Assembly: GCA_002441265.1 (NCBI GenBank)
Contig: DJVQ01000022.1
Span: 24,290-88,289, forward strand
From: Syntrophaceae bacterium UBA6252
GTDB lineage: Bacteria > Desulfobacterota > Syntrophia > Syntrophales > UBA6807
Direction: 5' to 3'
Length of the DNA: 64,000 nucleotides
Below, in pieces: positions 56,089 through 64,000 of the stretch; the stretch's first letter is position 1; the number at the start of each line of letters is the position of its first letter. The notes beneath the pieces were generated by a model. It saw only the letters and a list, made by a program, of their open reading frames with translations. It was not told the DNA's origin and did not search any database. The position numbers were made by a program, and so were the translations under genes.

Positions 56089-57846
56089 ATGGCGGAGATG
56101 TCATTTCGACAATTCAGGCGAATTCTCAGGAAACGGTTGTCCGCTTTCATCATAACCTTTTTCGCCATCCTGGCCGTTTCTCTCACGGTGGTCTATCTTC
56201 TTCCCCCCATTTACGTCTCCACCTCGACGATCCTCATCGAATCCCAGCAGATCCCGGAGGAATACGTCCGGGCGACCGTGAGAAGCTACGTGGAGGAAAG
56301 GCTCCAGACCATCACCCAGCAGATCATCAGCAGGCCCAATCTCATCCGGATCATCAACGAATTCGACCTCTACGCGGACATGAGGAAGAAATACGCCACC
56401 GAGGTGGTCATCGACAGGATGCGGAAGGACATCAGCCTCGACACGATCAGCTCCGCCGACATCCGGGGACGGGGGAGCAGCGCGGCAAAGACGGTCGCCT
56501 TCAAGCTCTCCTACGAGGGGAGGAACCCCGGCACGGTGCAGAAGGTGTCGAACGTCCTCGCTTCCCTTTATCTCGAGGAAAACCTGAAAGCGCGGGAGGA
56601 ACAGGCCGCAAGAACGACGGCATTCCTGGAAAAGGAACTGGAGCAGCTCCGCACCCAGATCAACGACTACGAAAACAAGATCTCACAGTTCAAGACGGTC
56701 CATGCGGGTGAACTCCCGGAAAACCTGGACGCCAACCGCCGCACGGCGGAGGAGCTGAGAAGGTCCCTGGAACAGCTCGGCATGCAGTTTCTCTCTCTCA
56801 AGGAAAGAAGAATCTACCTGGAGGGCCAGCTCGCCACCATCGACCCCGTTTCGCCCGTGATGGCCGAGGAGGGCAAATCCTCCCCCGCGGAGAGGCTTCT
56901 CTTCCTGAGGATGCAGCTCATCAACATGGAAACCGGCCTTTCGGAAAAGCACCCGGACGTCATCCGGCTCAAAAGCGAGATCGCGGAGCTGGAATCGCAG
57001 CTCGGCGAGAGTTCCCCGGCGGTGAAGAAACAGCGGGCCTACGCCGATCTCCAGAGGCGGCTAAAAACCGTCAAGGAGAAGGAAGGGGACCTCCACCCCG
57101 AAGTCATCCGGCTCACCCGGGAAGCGGAGTCCCTGAAGAAGGAGATCGAAACCCTCTCGCGGGAAGGCAAGCCGCTTCGGGACGCCTCGGAGAAACCCAC
57201 CAACCCGGCCTATATCAGCCTGAAGGCCCAGATCGACGCCATCGACATCGAGGCGAAGAGCCTTCTGACACAGCGGGCAAGAATCGAGGAGGAGCTGACC
57301 CTCTACCGGAAGAGAATCGAGAACGCCCCCCTCGTCGAAAAGGCCTACAATGACCTGACGATGGACTACGGCCACATCCGGGCGCAGTACAACCAGATCA
57401 AGTCCAAGGAGCTCGAAGCGAACGTGGCGCGGGAGATGGAGGCCACCCAGCACGGGGAGCGATTCACGATCATCGAGCCCGCCTCGAAACCGGAAGCGCC
57501 AAGCAAGCCCGACCGCATGAAGCTGGCCCTCATGAGCCTGCTTCTCTCCCTGGCGGGAGCGGCGGGCCTGGTGTTTCTCCTGGAAAATTTCGACCACTCC
57601 ATCAAGTCGGAAAAAGAAATCATGGATACCGTCGGCCTCCCCGTATTCGCAACGATTCCATTCGTGGAAACGGCGGAGGAAGTGGCGACAAGAAGGCGAA
57701 GGTGGATCGTCGCCGTCTCCGTCCTTGTGTCCGCCATGGTGGTGGGCATCGCGGCGATTCATTTCTTATGGATGCCGCTGGAAATTCTCTGGATCAAGAT
57801 CCAGGGGAAGTTTTTCACCCATTTCATGAATGTCATGAAATTCTGA
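56089..57846 (+). CDS. polysaccharide chain-length determinant (Wzz/GumC-like, PEP-CTERM locus type)
   Basis: It has an N-terminal TM, a long coiled-coil periplasmic region and a C-terminal TM. It lies adjacent to the kinase-like ATPase. Confidence 0.8.
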   Translation: MAEMSFRQFRRILRKRLSAFIITFFAILAVSLTVVYLLPPIYVSTSTILIESQQIPEEYVRATVRSYVEERLQTITQQIISRPNLIRIINEFDLYADMRKKYATEVVIDRMRKDISLDTISSADIRGRGSSAAKTVAFKLSYEGRNPGTVQKVSNVLASLYLEENLKAREEQAARTTAFLEKELEQLRTQINDYENKISQFKTVHAGELPENLDANRRTAEELRRSLEQLGMQFLSLKERRIYLEGQLATIDPVSPVMAEEGKSSPAERLLFLRMQLINMETGLSEKHPDVIRLKSEIAELESQLGESSPAVKKQRAYADLQRRLKTVKEKEGDLHPEVIRLTREAESLKKEIETLSREGKPLRDASEKPTNPAYISLKAQIDAIDIEAKSLLTQRARIEEELTLYRKRIENAPLVEKAYNDLTMDYGHIRAQYNQIKSKELEANVAREMEATQHGERFTIIEPASKPEAPSKPDRMKLALMSLLLSLAGAAGLVFLLENFDHSIKSEKEIMDTVGLPVFATIPFVETAEEVATRRRRWIVAVSVLVSAMVVGIAAIHFLWMPLEILWIKIQGKFFTHFMNVMKF

Positions 57847-57867
57847 TCGTTTGAAACGGAAGGCCTG

Positions 57868-58674
57868 ATGAGCAAACTGAAAAAAGCTCTGGAAAAGGCG
57901 AGGTTGTCCAGGGAAGGGATTCCCGAGCCGGAGACCGGCGCGGAAAAGACGACAGAGGACGAGGAGTTCCATCCCCGGGTCAGTTGCGAGATCAACCCGA
58001 TCTACGTGCACACGAAGATCCAGAACATCGATTATCGCAAGCTCGTCGATCAGAGAATCATCTCGATCCACCACTGCAACGCCGTCTCCGACTGTTTCAA
58101 GCTTCTCCGCACCCAGGTCCTCTCCCTCCTCAGGGAGCAGGGGAACAACTGCATCCTCATCACCAGCGCCAACCGGAGGGAAGGAAGAACGACGACGGCG
58201 ATCAACCTCGCCGTCAGTATGGCCCAGCAACTGGACAACACGGTCCTCCTGGTGGACTCCGATTTCAAGGAACCCGCAATCCACAGGATCCTCGGCCTCT
58301 CGATGGAACAGGGGCTTTCCGACTGCCTTCTGGGGAAGGCGACCATCGAGGAAACCCTGATCAATCCGGGGATCAACCGGCTCGTCGTCCTTCCGGGCGG
58401 CCGCCCCATACCGAATTCGGCGGAAATCCTCGGCTCACCGCGGACGGAGACCATTTTCCGGGAGTTGAAGGAGCGGTACGGAGACCGGTACGTGATCTTC
58501 GACAGCCCTCCCCTTCTGGCGAGCGCGGACAGCCTCATCCTCTCGGACTACGCAGACGCGATCCTTCTCGTCGTCGAAGCCGAAAGGACGACGAAAAACG
58601 ATCTTCTCCGGACGAGGGACCTCCTCGGCGGCAAGCCGGTCATCGGGACCATCTTCACGAAAGTCCGCCAATAG
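57868..58674 (+). CDS. tyrosine-autokinase-like P-loop ATPase (CpsD/Wze-like)
   Basis: Walker A-like ITSANRREGRTTTAINLA, Walker A' VLLVDSDF, and Walker B VIFDSPP. It lacks an obvious C-terminal Tyr cluster. Confidence 0.75.
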   Translation: MSKLKKALEKARLSREGIPEPETGAEKTTEDEEFHPRVSCEINPIYVHTKIQNIDYRKLVDQRIISIHHCNAVSDCFKLLRTQVLSLLREQGNNCILITSANRREGRTTTAINLAVSMAQQLDNTVLLVDSDFKEPAIHRILGLSMEQGLSDCLLGKATIEETLINPGINRLVVLPGGRPIPNSAEILGSPRTETIFRELKERYGDRYVIFDSPPLLASADSLILSDYADAILLVVEAERTTKNDLLRTRDLLGGKPVIGTIFTKVRQ

Positions 58675-58687
58675 GGGAATCCGCTCC

Positions 58688-59920
58688 ATGTACAAGGAAT
58701 ATTACGGACTCACCGACAAACCGTTCAACCTCACACCCGATCCCGACTACCTTTTCATGAGCAGGGGGCACGAGGAGGCGTACACCCATCTCGAGTACGC
58801 CATCGCGGAGCAGAAGGGGTTCGTCGTCATCACGGGGGAGATCGGCTCGGGGAAAACCACGCTGGTCCACTACTTTCTGAACCGGATCCCCGGGGATGTC
58901 GAGTATGGGCTCATCAACCAGACCATGGTCCAGCCCAGGGAATTCGTCAAGATGGTCTGCCGGGAATTCGATCTGTCCGTGGACGGCCTGGACAAGACGG
59001 GCATGCTGAACCTCTTCCACGAATTCCTGATCAAAAAATTCGGCGAGAGGAAAAGGGTCGTCCTCATCGTCGACGAGGCGCAGAACCTGCCCGCGGCCAC
59101 CCTGGAAGAACTCCGGATGCTTTCCAACCTGGAATCGACAAAGCACCACCTCATCCAGATCATCCTCCTCGGCCAGCCGGAACTGAAGCAGAAGCTCCGG
59201 AGCCGGCGGCTGGAACAGTTCACCCAGCGGGTGACGGTCTACTGGCATCTCGCCGGGATGGACCGCGACGAGGTGGAACAGTATATCCGCCACCGGCTCC
59301 ATATCGCCGGCGCTCGGGAAAACACCATCTTCAACAGCGAGGCCATCGAGGCGATCTTCAAGCACTCCCGGGGGATCCCCCGTCTCATCAACATCCTGTG
59401 CGATTCCGCTCTTGTCCACGGCTACGCCGACGACAAGAAGATCATCGACGGGGCGTGCATCGAGGAAGTCGTCCGGTACAGAGACATCGATATCGCCGAA
59501 AACGGGGAAAATCCGGAAACACCGGAACACGGTTTCCCGGAGGGGGCCGTCGCGGGCCCGTCCCCGGAAGTCTTCCTCCAGATGAACAAGAGGATGAACC
59601 TGCTGGAAAAGCGGATCGACTTCCTGGAAAACAGCGTTCAAAATGTAATGGGAATTACAAGACACCTGGGGGCCTTCTTCGGTTCGAGCGAAAAACGGGA
59701 CCAGCTGCTCATCGATCTCGTCAGGATGTCCAAACAGAGCATGGAAAAACGGATCGACCATGTCCTGGATTCCCTGAAGGCGGCGGATGTGCCGCGGCAG
59801 GAAACTCCCGAGCCCGCGGGGGCGGGCCGGAAGGCGAAGGCCTTCATCCTTCCCGCCGCCGTTTTCCTTGCATTTCTGCTGGGGATCGCCTTCTACTATC
59901 TATATCCCCATTTTCGGTGA
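58688..59920 (+). CDS. ExeA-like AAA ATPase (PEP-CTERM system-associated ATPase type)
   Basis: Motifs are PFNLTPDPDYLF, VVITGEIGSGKTT and LIVDEAQNL, with a C-terminal TM. Confidence 0.8.
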   Translation: MYKEYYGLTDKPFNLTPDPDYLFMSRGHEEAYTHLEYAIAEQKGFVVITGEIGSGKTTLVHYFLNRIPGDVEYGLINQTMVQPREFVKMVCREFDLSVDGLDKTGMLNLFHEFLIKKFGERKRVVLIVDEAQNLPAATLEELRMLSNLESTKHHLIQIILLGQPELKQKLRSRRLEQFTQRVTVYWHLAGMDRDEVEQYIRHRLHIAGARENTIFNSEAIEAIFKHSRGIPRLINILCDSALVHGYADDKKIIDGACIEEVVRYRDIDIAENGENPETPEHGFPEGAVAGPSPEVFLQMNKRMNLLEKRIDFLENSVQNVMGITRHLGAFFGSSEKRDQLLIDLVRMSKQSMEKRIDHVLDSLKAADVPRQETPEPAGAGRKAKAFILPAAVFLAFLLGIAFYYLYPHFR

Positions 59921-60255
59921 CTCCTGCCTCAGGGAAATCGACCACGAAACTTCACAAAAAAACCCTTTGATCCCCGCTCAAAATCACGTATAATTATTAC
60001 CCCTTATCTTTACGGGGGGTAATTTGTAAGTGTGTCCGTGCCCTTCCGAACTGGAGCGAGGCACGATTATTACACCGGCGGAGGGATTGAACGCGGGCGA
60101 TTCCCGCGACATTGCCGGTATCTTTCATCGGGAAAGCGTAATCGCAACCTTCCCCACGAAACTGAAAATACGTAATTGTAATTCAACGGATGGGCCTGAA
60201 CGCTGAAATACCATTGACAGCGGTGCCCGGGGGCTTCCTGTCCCAGCCCCCCGGA

Positions 60256-60271
60256 AGGTGCCGCATTTGCA
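60256..60271 (+). promoter_or_regulatory. sigma-54-like -24/-12 element
   Basis: AGGTGCCGCATTTGCA has GG-N10-GC spacing and the TTGCA part intact. The -24 half (GGTGCC versus GGCACG) is weaker. Confidence 0.3.
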
Positions 60272-60510
60272 ATGCGCGCACGGACAATCCGCCCTGCGGG
60301 ACGGTGGATGGACAGCCGCGCCCGACCACCGGTACCCTCTGTTTCGAAACAATCCCACCCCTTTCGGCCATAGCTGAGAAATCGAAAATTTTTTTTATAG
60401 TTCAATTATTCCGTATGGATATACGACTATCGCCCAGGGGCGCCTGAAGACGGGCATATCTATTGCTTATTAACAGGGAAACCGGTTCAGGAAGAAAGAA
60501 GAGACGCCCC

Positions 60511-61659
60511 ATGAAAAACCTATTTCAGTTGCATCCGCTGGTGAAGAAAATGGACGGGGAATTCCTGAAAGACGAAAGCCGTCTCCTGTACTCGGAGGAG
60601 TTCTTTCAGGAGCTGCTTCAGATCGAAAGGAAAAGGTCCTCCAGGACGGGGATACCTTTCCTCCTCGTTCTGATTCACCTTTCCAGCCATTTCGAACATC
60701 CCGCCTCCACGGGGATCGTTCGGTCCATCGCCGCAGTTCTCAAGGAAACGACCCGGGAAACCGATATCAAGGGATGGTTCAAGGAAAGAAGTACGATCGG
60801 AATCCTCTTCACGGAGATGAGCGAGTCGAAGGACCGGATGATCGACATCTTCCGGGAAAGGATCGAGGGAAAGATCCGGGAAATCCTGCATACCTGTCCC
60901 GGTCACGGCGTGGAGATCTCCTTCAACTGGTTCCCGGAGGAGGCGAAGGTCATCACCCGTCAAAACGGCGAAAACCTGGTCTTCTATCCGGAGTTGCAGG
61001 ATGACGGGAAAATGGACTTCCGCGGCTTTCTGAAGAGAGCCATCGACATCGCGGGCAGTCTCCTGGGGCTGATCGTATTTTCACCGCTCTTTCTCATCAT
61101 ACCGCTTTGCATCAAGGCAACCTCGAAGGGCCCTGTCTTTTTCCGTCAGGAAAGGCTCGGCCTGCACGGCAGAAAATTCAACTTCCTCAAGTTCCGGTCC
61201 ATGTATGTGGGCAACGACGATGACATTCACAGAAACTACGTGAAGGATCTCATCCACGGAAACGGGCTGGAACCGGGAAACGGGAACGGCGGTCCGGACC
61301 AGGTGTTCAAACTGACAGGCGACCCCAGGATCACCCCATTCGGGAATTTCCTCCGGAAGTCGAGTCTCGACGAGCTTCCCCAGTTCCTCAACGTCCTTAA
61401 GGGGGACATGTCCCTCGTCGGTCCGAGACCCCCCATTCCCTACGAGTTCGACGACTACAAGGTCTGGCACCGGAAAAGGGTCGTCGAGGTGAAACCCGGC
61501 ATCACGGGCCTGTGGCAGGTGAAGGGAAGAAGTTCCTGCAGTTTTGACGAAATGGTCCGCCTCGATCTCCGTTACATTCACGAATGGTCCATCTGGCTCG
61601 ACATCAAGATTCTCATCCAGACCCCCTGGGCGGTTCTGAGGGGGAAGGGTGCTTACTGA
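60511..61659 (+). CDS. priming sugar transferase (bacterial sugar transferase / WbaP C-terminal type) with N-terminal degenerate GGDEF-like domain
   Basis: The C-terminal domain has KRAIDIAGSLLGLIVFSPLFL, GPVFFRQERLG, FLKFRSM, DELPQFLNVLKGDMSLVGPRP and GLWQV. The N-terminal ~180 aa resembles a GGDEF fold. The track ORF starts at a TTG at 60463. Confidence 0.85.
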   Translation: MKNLFQLHPLVKKMDGEFLKDESRLLYSEEFFQELLQIERKRSSRTGIPFLLVLIHLSSHFEHPASTGIVRSIAAVLKETTRETDIKGWFKERSTIGILFTEMSESKDRMIDIFRERIEGKIREILHTCPGHGVEISFNWFPEEAKVITRQNGENLVFYPELQDDGKMDFRGFLKRAIDIAGSLLGLIVFSPLFLIIPLCIKATSKGPVFFRQERLGLHGRKFNFLKFRSMYVGNDDDIHRNYVKDLIHGNGLEPGNGNGGPDQVFKLTGDPRITPFGNFLRKSSLDELPQFLNVLKGDMSLVGPRPPIPYEFDDYKVWHRKRVVEVKPGITGLWQVKGRSSCSFDEMVRLDLRYIHEWSIWLDIKILIQTPWAVLRGKGAY

Positions 61660-61687
61660 GACGCCGTCTCAAGGGGAGGAAACCGTT

Positions 61688-62689
61688 ATGATTCGCATGG
61701 GAGTCATCGGATATGGGTACTGGGGTCCAAACATCGTCCGCAATTTTTCGAATGCAGAGGGGGCCGGGGTGGTCGCAATCTGTGATAACCATCCCAATGC
61801 AAGGACAAAAGCGGGAAAAGCCTGGCCCGGCATGAAAATCTACGACGATTGCGATCGTCTGATCCAGTCGCCGGACGTCGATGCCGTCGCCGTGGTAACC
61901 CCCGTCTACAGCCATTACGAACTGGCCAAAAAGGCACTGGAAAACGGCAAACACGTCTTCGTCGAAAAACCCTTCACGTCCTCGGTCCAGCAGGCGGAGG
62001 AACTGATCGAACTCGCGGAGAGGAAAAACCTCACGATCATGGTGGACCACACCTTCCTCTTCACCGGTGCGGTCCGGAAGATCAAGGAGTTGATCGACGG
62101 ACAAGCACTGGGAAGGCTCTTCTATTTCGACTCGACGCGGGTGAACCTGGGTCTCTTCCAGCACGACGTCAACGTCATCTGGGATCTCGCCCCGCACGAT
62201 CTCGCCATCATGGACTACCTGATCGGCGAACAGCCGGAGGCCATCTCCGCCACCGGCCAGAGCCACCTCAACGGGAAAGAGGATATCGCGTTCATCACGC
62301 TGTACTTCAAGAACCAGTTCATCGCCCATTTCAACGTGAACTGGCTCTCCCCGGTAAAGATCCGCCAGACCCTGATCAGCGGCGATAAGAAGATGCTCGT
62401 CTGGAACGATCTCGACGCCGACCAGAAGATCAAGATCTACGACAAGGGGGTCGACGTCACCTCCAGGGAAAGCATCTACGAACTCCTGGTGCGATACCGG
62501 TCCGGCGACGTGTGGATTCCGAGGATCGACGGCGCGGAGGCGCTCCAGGTCGAGGCGGGATACTTCATCAGGTGCATCCAAAACGGCGAGAAGCCCATGA
62601 ACGACGGCAACGCCGGTCTCCGGGTCGTCCGAATCCTGGAGGCGACGAACCAATCCCTGAAGAACCGGGGGGAACTCATTCACGTATGA
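61688..62689 (+). CDS. Gfo/Idh/MocA-family sugar-nucleotide dehydrogenase (WbpB-like)
   Basis: Motifs are IRMGVIGYGYWGPN and EKP. A GGAGGA RBS lies upstream. Confidence 0.8.
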   Translation: MIRMGVIGYGYWGPNIVRNFSNAEGAGVVAICDNHPNARTKAGKAWPGMKIYDDCDRLIQSPDVDAVAVVTPVYSHYELAKKALENGKHVFVEKPFTSSVQQAEELIELAERKNLTIMVDHTFLFTGAVRKIKELIDGQALGRLFYFDSTRVNLGLFQHDVNVIWDLAPHDLAIMDYLIGEQPEAISATGQSHLNGKEDIAFITLYFKNQFIAHFNVNWLSPVKIRQTLISGDKKMLVWNDLDADQKIKIYDKGVDVTSRESIYELLVRYRSGDVWIPRIDGAEALQVEAGYFIRCIQNGEKPMNDGNAGLRVVRILEATNQSLKNRGELIHV

Positions 62690-63174
62690 ATCCCTATCTG
62701 TGCATCTCCGACGACGTCGAACTGGGACCGAACGTTGTCCTCGCGAAATTCATCAATCTCTACGGGTGCAGGATCGGGGAAAACACGAAGATCGGCACCT
62801 TCGTCGAGGTCCAGAAAAAGGCCGCCGTCGGCAGGAACTGCAAGATCTCGAGCCACACCTTCATCTGCGAGGGAGTGACCATCGAGGACAACGTCTTCAT
62901 CGGCCACGGCGTCACCTTCACCAACGATACCTATCCCCGGGCCACGAATCCGACCGGAACGCTCCAGACGGAAAAGGACTGGAAGGTGGAACCCACCATC
63001 GTGAGGAAGGGGGCCTCCATCGGTTCCGGCGCGACGATTCTGAGCAACCTGGTCATTCACGAAAACGCCATTGTCGGGGCGGGAAGCGTCGTCACGAAAG
63101 ACGTCCCCGCCGGCACGATCGTGGCGGGAAATCCCGCAAAAGTCATTCGGAAGATCGGAGACAAACACCCATGA
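62686..63174 (+). CDS. hexapeptide-repeat N-acetyltransferase (WbpD-like)
   Basis: It has left-handed beta-helix repeats (IGENTKIGTFVEV, IGHGVTFTND, IGSGATILSN, VGAGSVVTKDVP). The start overlaps the upstream stop. Confidence 0.8.
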   Translation: MNPYLCISDDVELGPNVVLAKFINLYGCRIGENTKIGTFVEVQKKAAVGRNCKISSHTFICEGVTIEDNVFIGHGVTFTNDTYPRATNPTGTLQTEKDWKVEPTIVRKGASIGSGATILSNLVIHENAIVGAGSVVTKDVPAGTIVAGNPAKVIRKIGDKHP

Positions 63175-64000
63175 AAGTCCCCTTCATCGATCTGGGAGCC
63201 CAGTACGCATCCATTCAGACGGAGATCCACGACGCAATCGACAAGGTCCTGAAAAGCAGCGCTTTCGCAGGGGGTCCCTTCGTTGCCGGATTCGAGGAGA
63301 ATTTCGCCAGGTACTGCGGAACGAAACACGCCATCGGCGTCGGAAACGGCACGGACGCCCTCTGGTTCGCCCTCCTTGCCGCGGGCGTCGGTCCCGGCGA
63401 CGAGGTGATCACCGTTCCGAACACCTTCATCGCCACGGCGGAGGCCGTAAGCTTCTGCGGGGCGACGCCCGTTTTCGTCGACGTGGACGAGAAGACCTGC
63501 ACCATGGACCCGGCCCTGGTCGAAGGGGCGATCACTTTGAAAACGAAAGCCATCCTTCCCGTCCACCTTTACGGCCAGACGGCGGACATGGACCCCATCC
63601 TGAAACTGGCGGGCGACCGGGGAATCCCCGTGATCGAGGACGCCTGCCAGGCACACGGCAGCGCATACAAGGGAAGACCGTCGGGTTCCATGGGGCTCGC
63701 CGGATGTTTCAGTTTCTATCCCGGGAAGAACCTGGGCGCCTACGGCGAGGCGGGCGCGGTGGTGACGAACGACGGGGCCCTGGCCGAGAGGATCCGCATG
63801 CTCAGGGACCACGGGCAGAACCGGAAATACGAGCACCGGGTGATCGGCTGGAACGGACGGATGGACGGAATCCAGGGGGCCGTTCTGGACGTCAAGCTCC
63901 GGCACCTCGACGCCTGGAACGAGGCGCGGCGGAAACATGGAAGGCTCTACACGGAACTCCTGAAAGACGTCCACGGGCTGATTCCCCCGCACGAGGCACC
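63171..64000 (+). CDS. DegT/DnrJ/EryC1/StrS-family aminotransferase (WbpE-like), 3' end outside the window
   Basis: It is not in the track because there is no stop in the window. Hand translation gives MKVPFIDLGAQYASIQTEIHDAIDKVL...GNGTDAL...FSFYPGKNLGAYGEAG... Confidence 0.85.
   Translation, partial: MKVPFIDLGAQYASIQTEIHDAIDKVLKSSAFAGGPFVAGFEENFARYCGTKHAIGVGNGTDALWFALLAAGVGPGDEVITVPNTFIATAEAVSFCGATPVFVDVDEKTCTMDPALVEGAITLKTKAILPVHLYGQTADMDPILKLAGDRGIPVIEDACQAHGSAYKGRPSGSMGLAGCFSFYPGKNLGAYGEAGAVVTNDGALAERIRMLRDHGQNRKYEHRVIGWNGRMDGIQGAVLDVKLRHLDAWNEARRKHGRLYTELLKDVHGLIPPHEA

Noticed and set aside
60190-60447. 85-aa ORF in the long EPS intergenic gap, considered as a possible PEP-CTERM substrate or small regulator
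   Set aside because: It has no RBS, no signal peptide and no PEP-CTERM tail. It overlaps the predicted hairpins and the sigma-54-like element, and its composition looks like translated GC-rich non-coding DNA.

Overview
This is a GC-rich chromosomal segment. Its gene content fits an anaerobic, selenocysteine-using deltaproteobacterium/Desulfobacterota-like organism; that lineage call is inferred from gene content only. Many long ORFs in the track are antisense shadows of real genes. Read left to right, the window holds:

- **1-7.7 kb:** a thiolase (N-terminus only)/hbd/crotonase beta-oxidation set, a livHMGF plus binding-protein ABC importer, and a TetR regulator.
- **8.3-10.2 kb:** two GT2 glycosyltransferases.
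- **10.3-15.3 kb (headline locus):**
  - a metzincin-like lipoprotein gene that is open only if an in-frame TGA is read through;
  - a secreted protein with a degenerate peptidase motif;
  - a 73-codon ORF with a lipoprotein signal peptide and two in-frame TGA codons, absent from the ORF track. Each TGA is followed about 20 nt later by a GC-rich hairpin with a GG-containing loop;
  - a radical SAM/SPASM maturase directly downstream. This looks like a SbtA/SbtM-type selenopeptide RiPP locus.
- **15.4-20.8 kb:** a cytoplasmic molybdopterin oxidoreductase, a chimeric Fe-S/FAD subunit and an FNT channel.
- **21-28.6 kb:** UbiB, a phasin-like protein, TolC, an O2-defence island (rubrerythrin, DUF2400, an untracked 52-aa rubredoxin, flavodiiron protein) and a lipid kinase.
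- **28.8-47 kb:** an FAD-dependent oxidoreductase, a HAMP-PP2C phosphatase, a GAF-GspE ATPase, mutS, a Tat-signal rubredoxin with an exported hemerythrin, then aconitase, icd and rlmN.
- **47.2-49.1 kb:** a repeat-rich secreted protein.
- **50.2-64 kb:** a PEP-CTERM/exosortase-type exopolysaccharide locus. It comprises a sigma-54 activator, a PrsT-like TPR lipoprotein, export protein, OM barrel, chain-length determinant, tyrosine-kinase-like ATPase, ExeA-like ATPase, priming sugar transferase and a WbpB/D/E-like trio.

I saw no rRNA, tRNA, CRISPR array or transposase.
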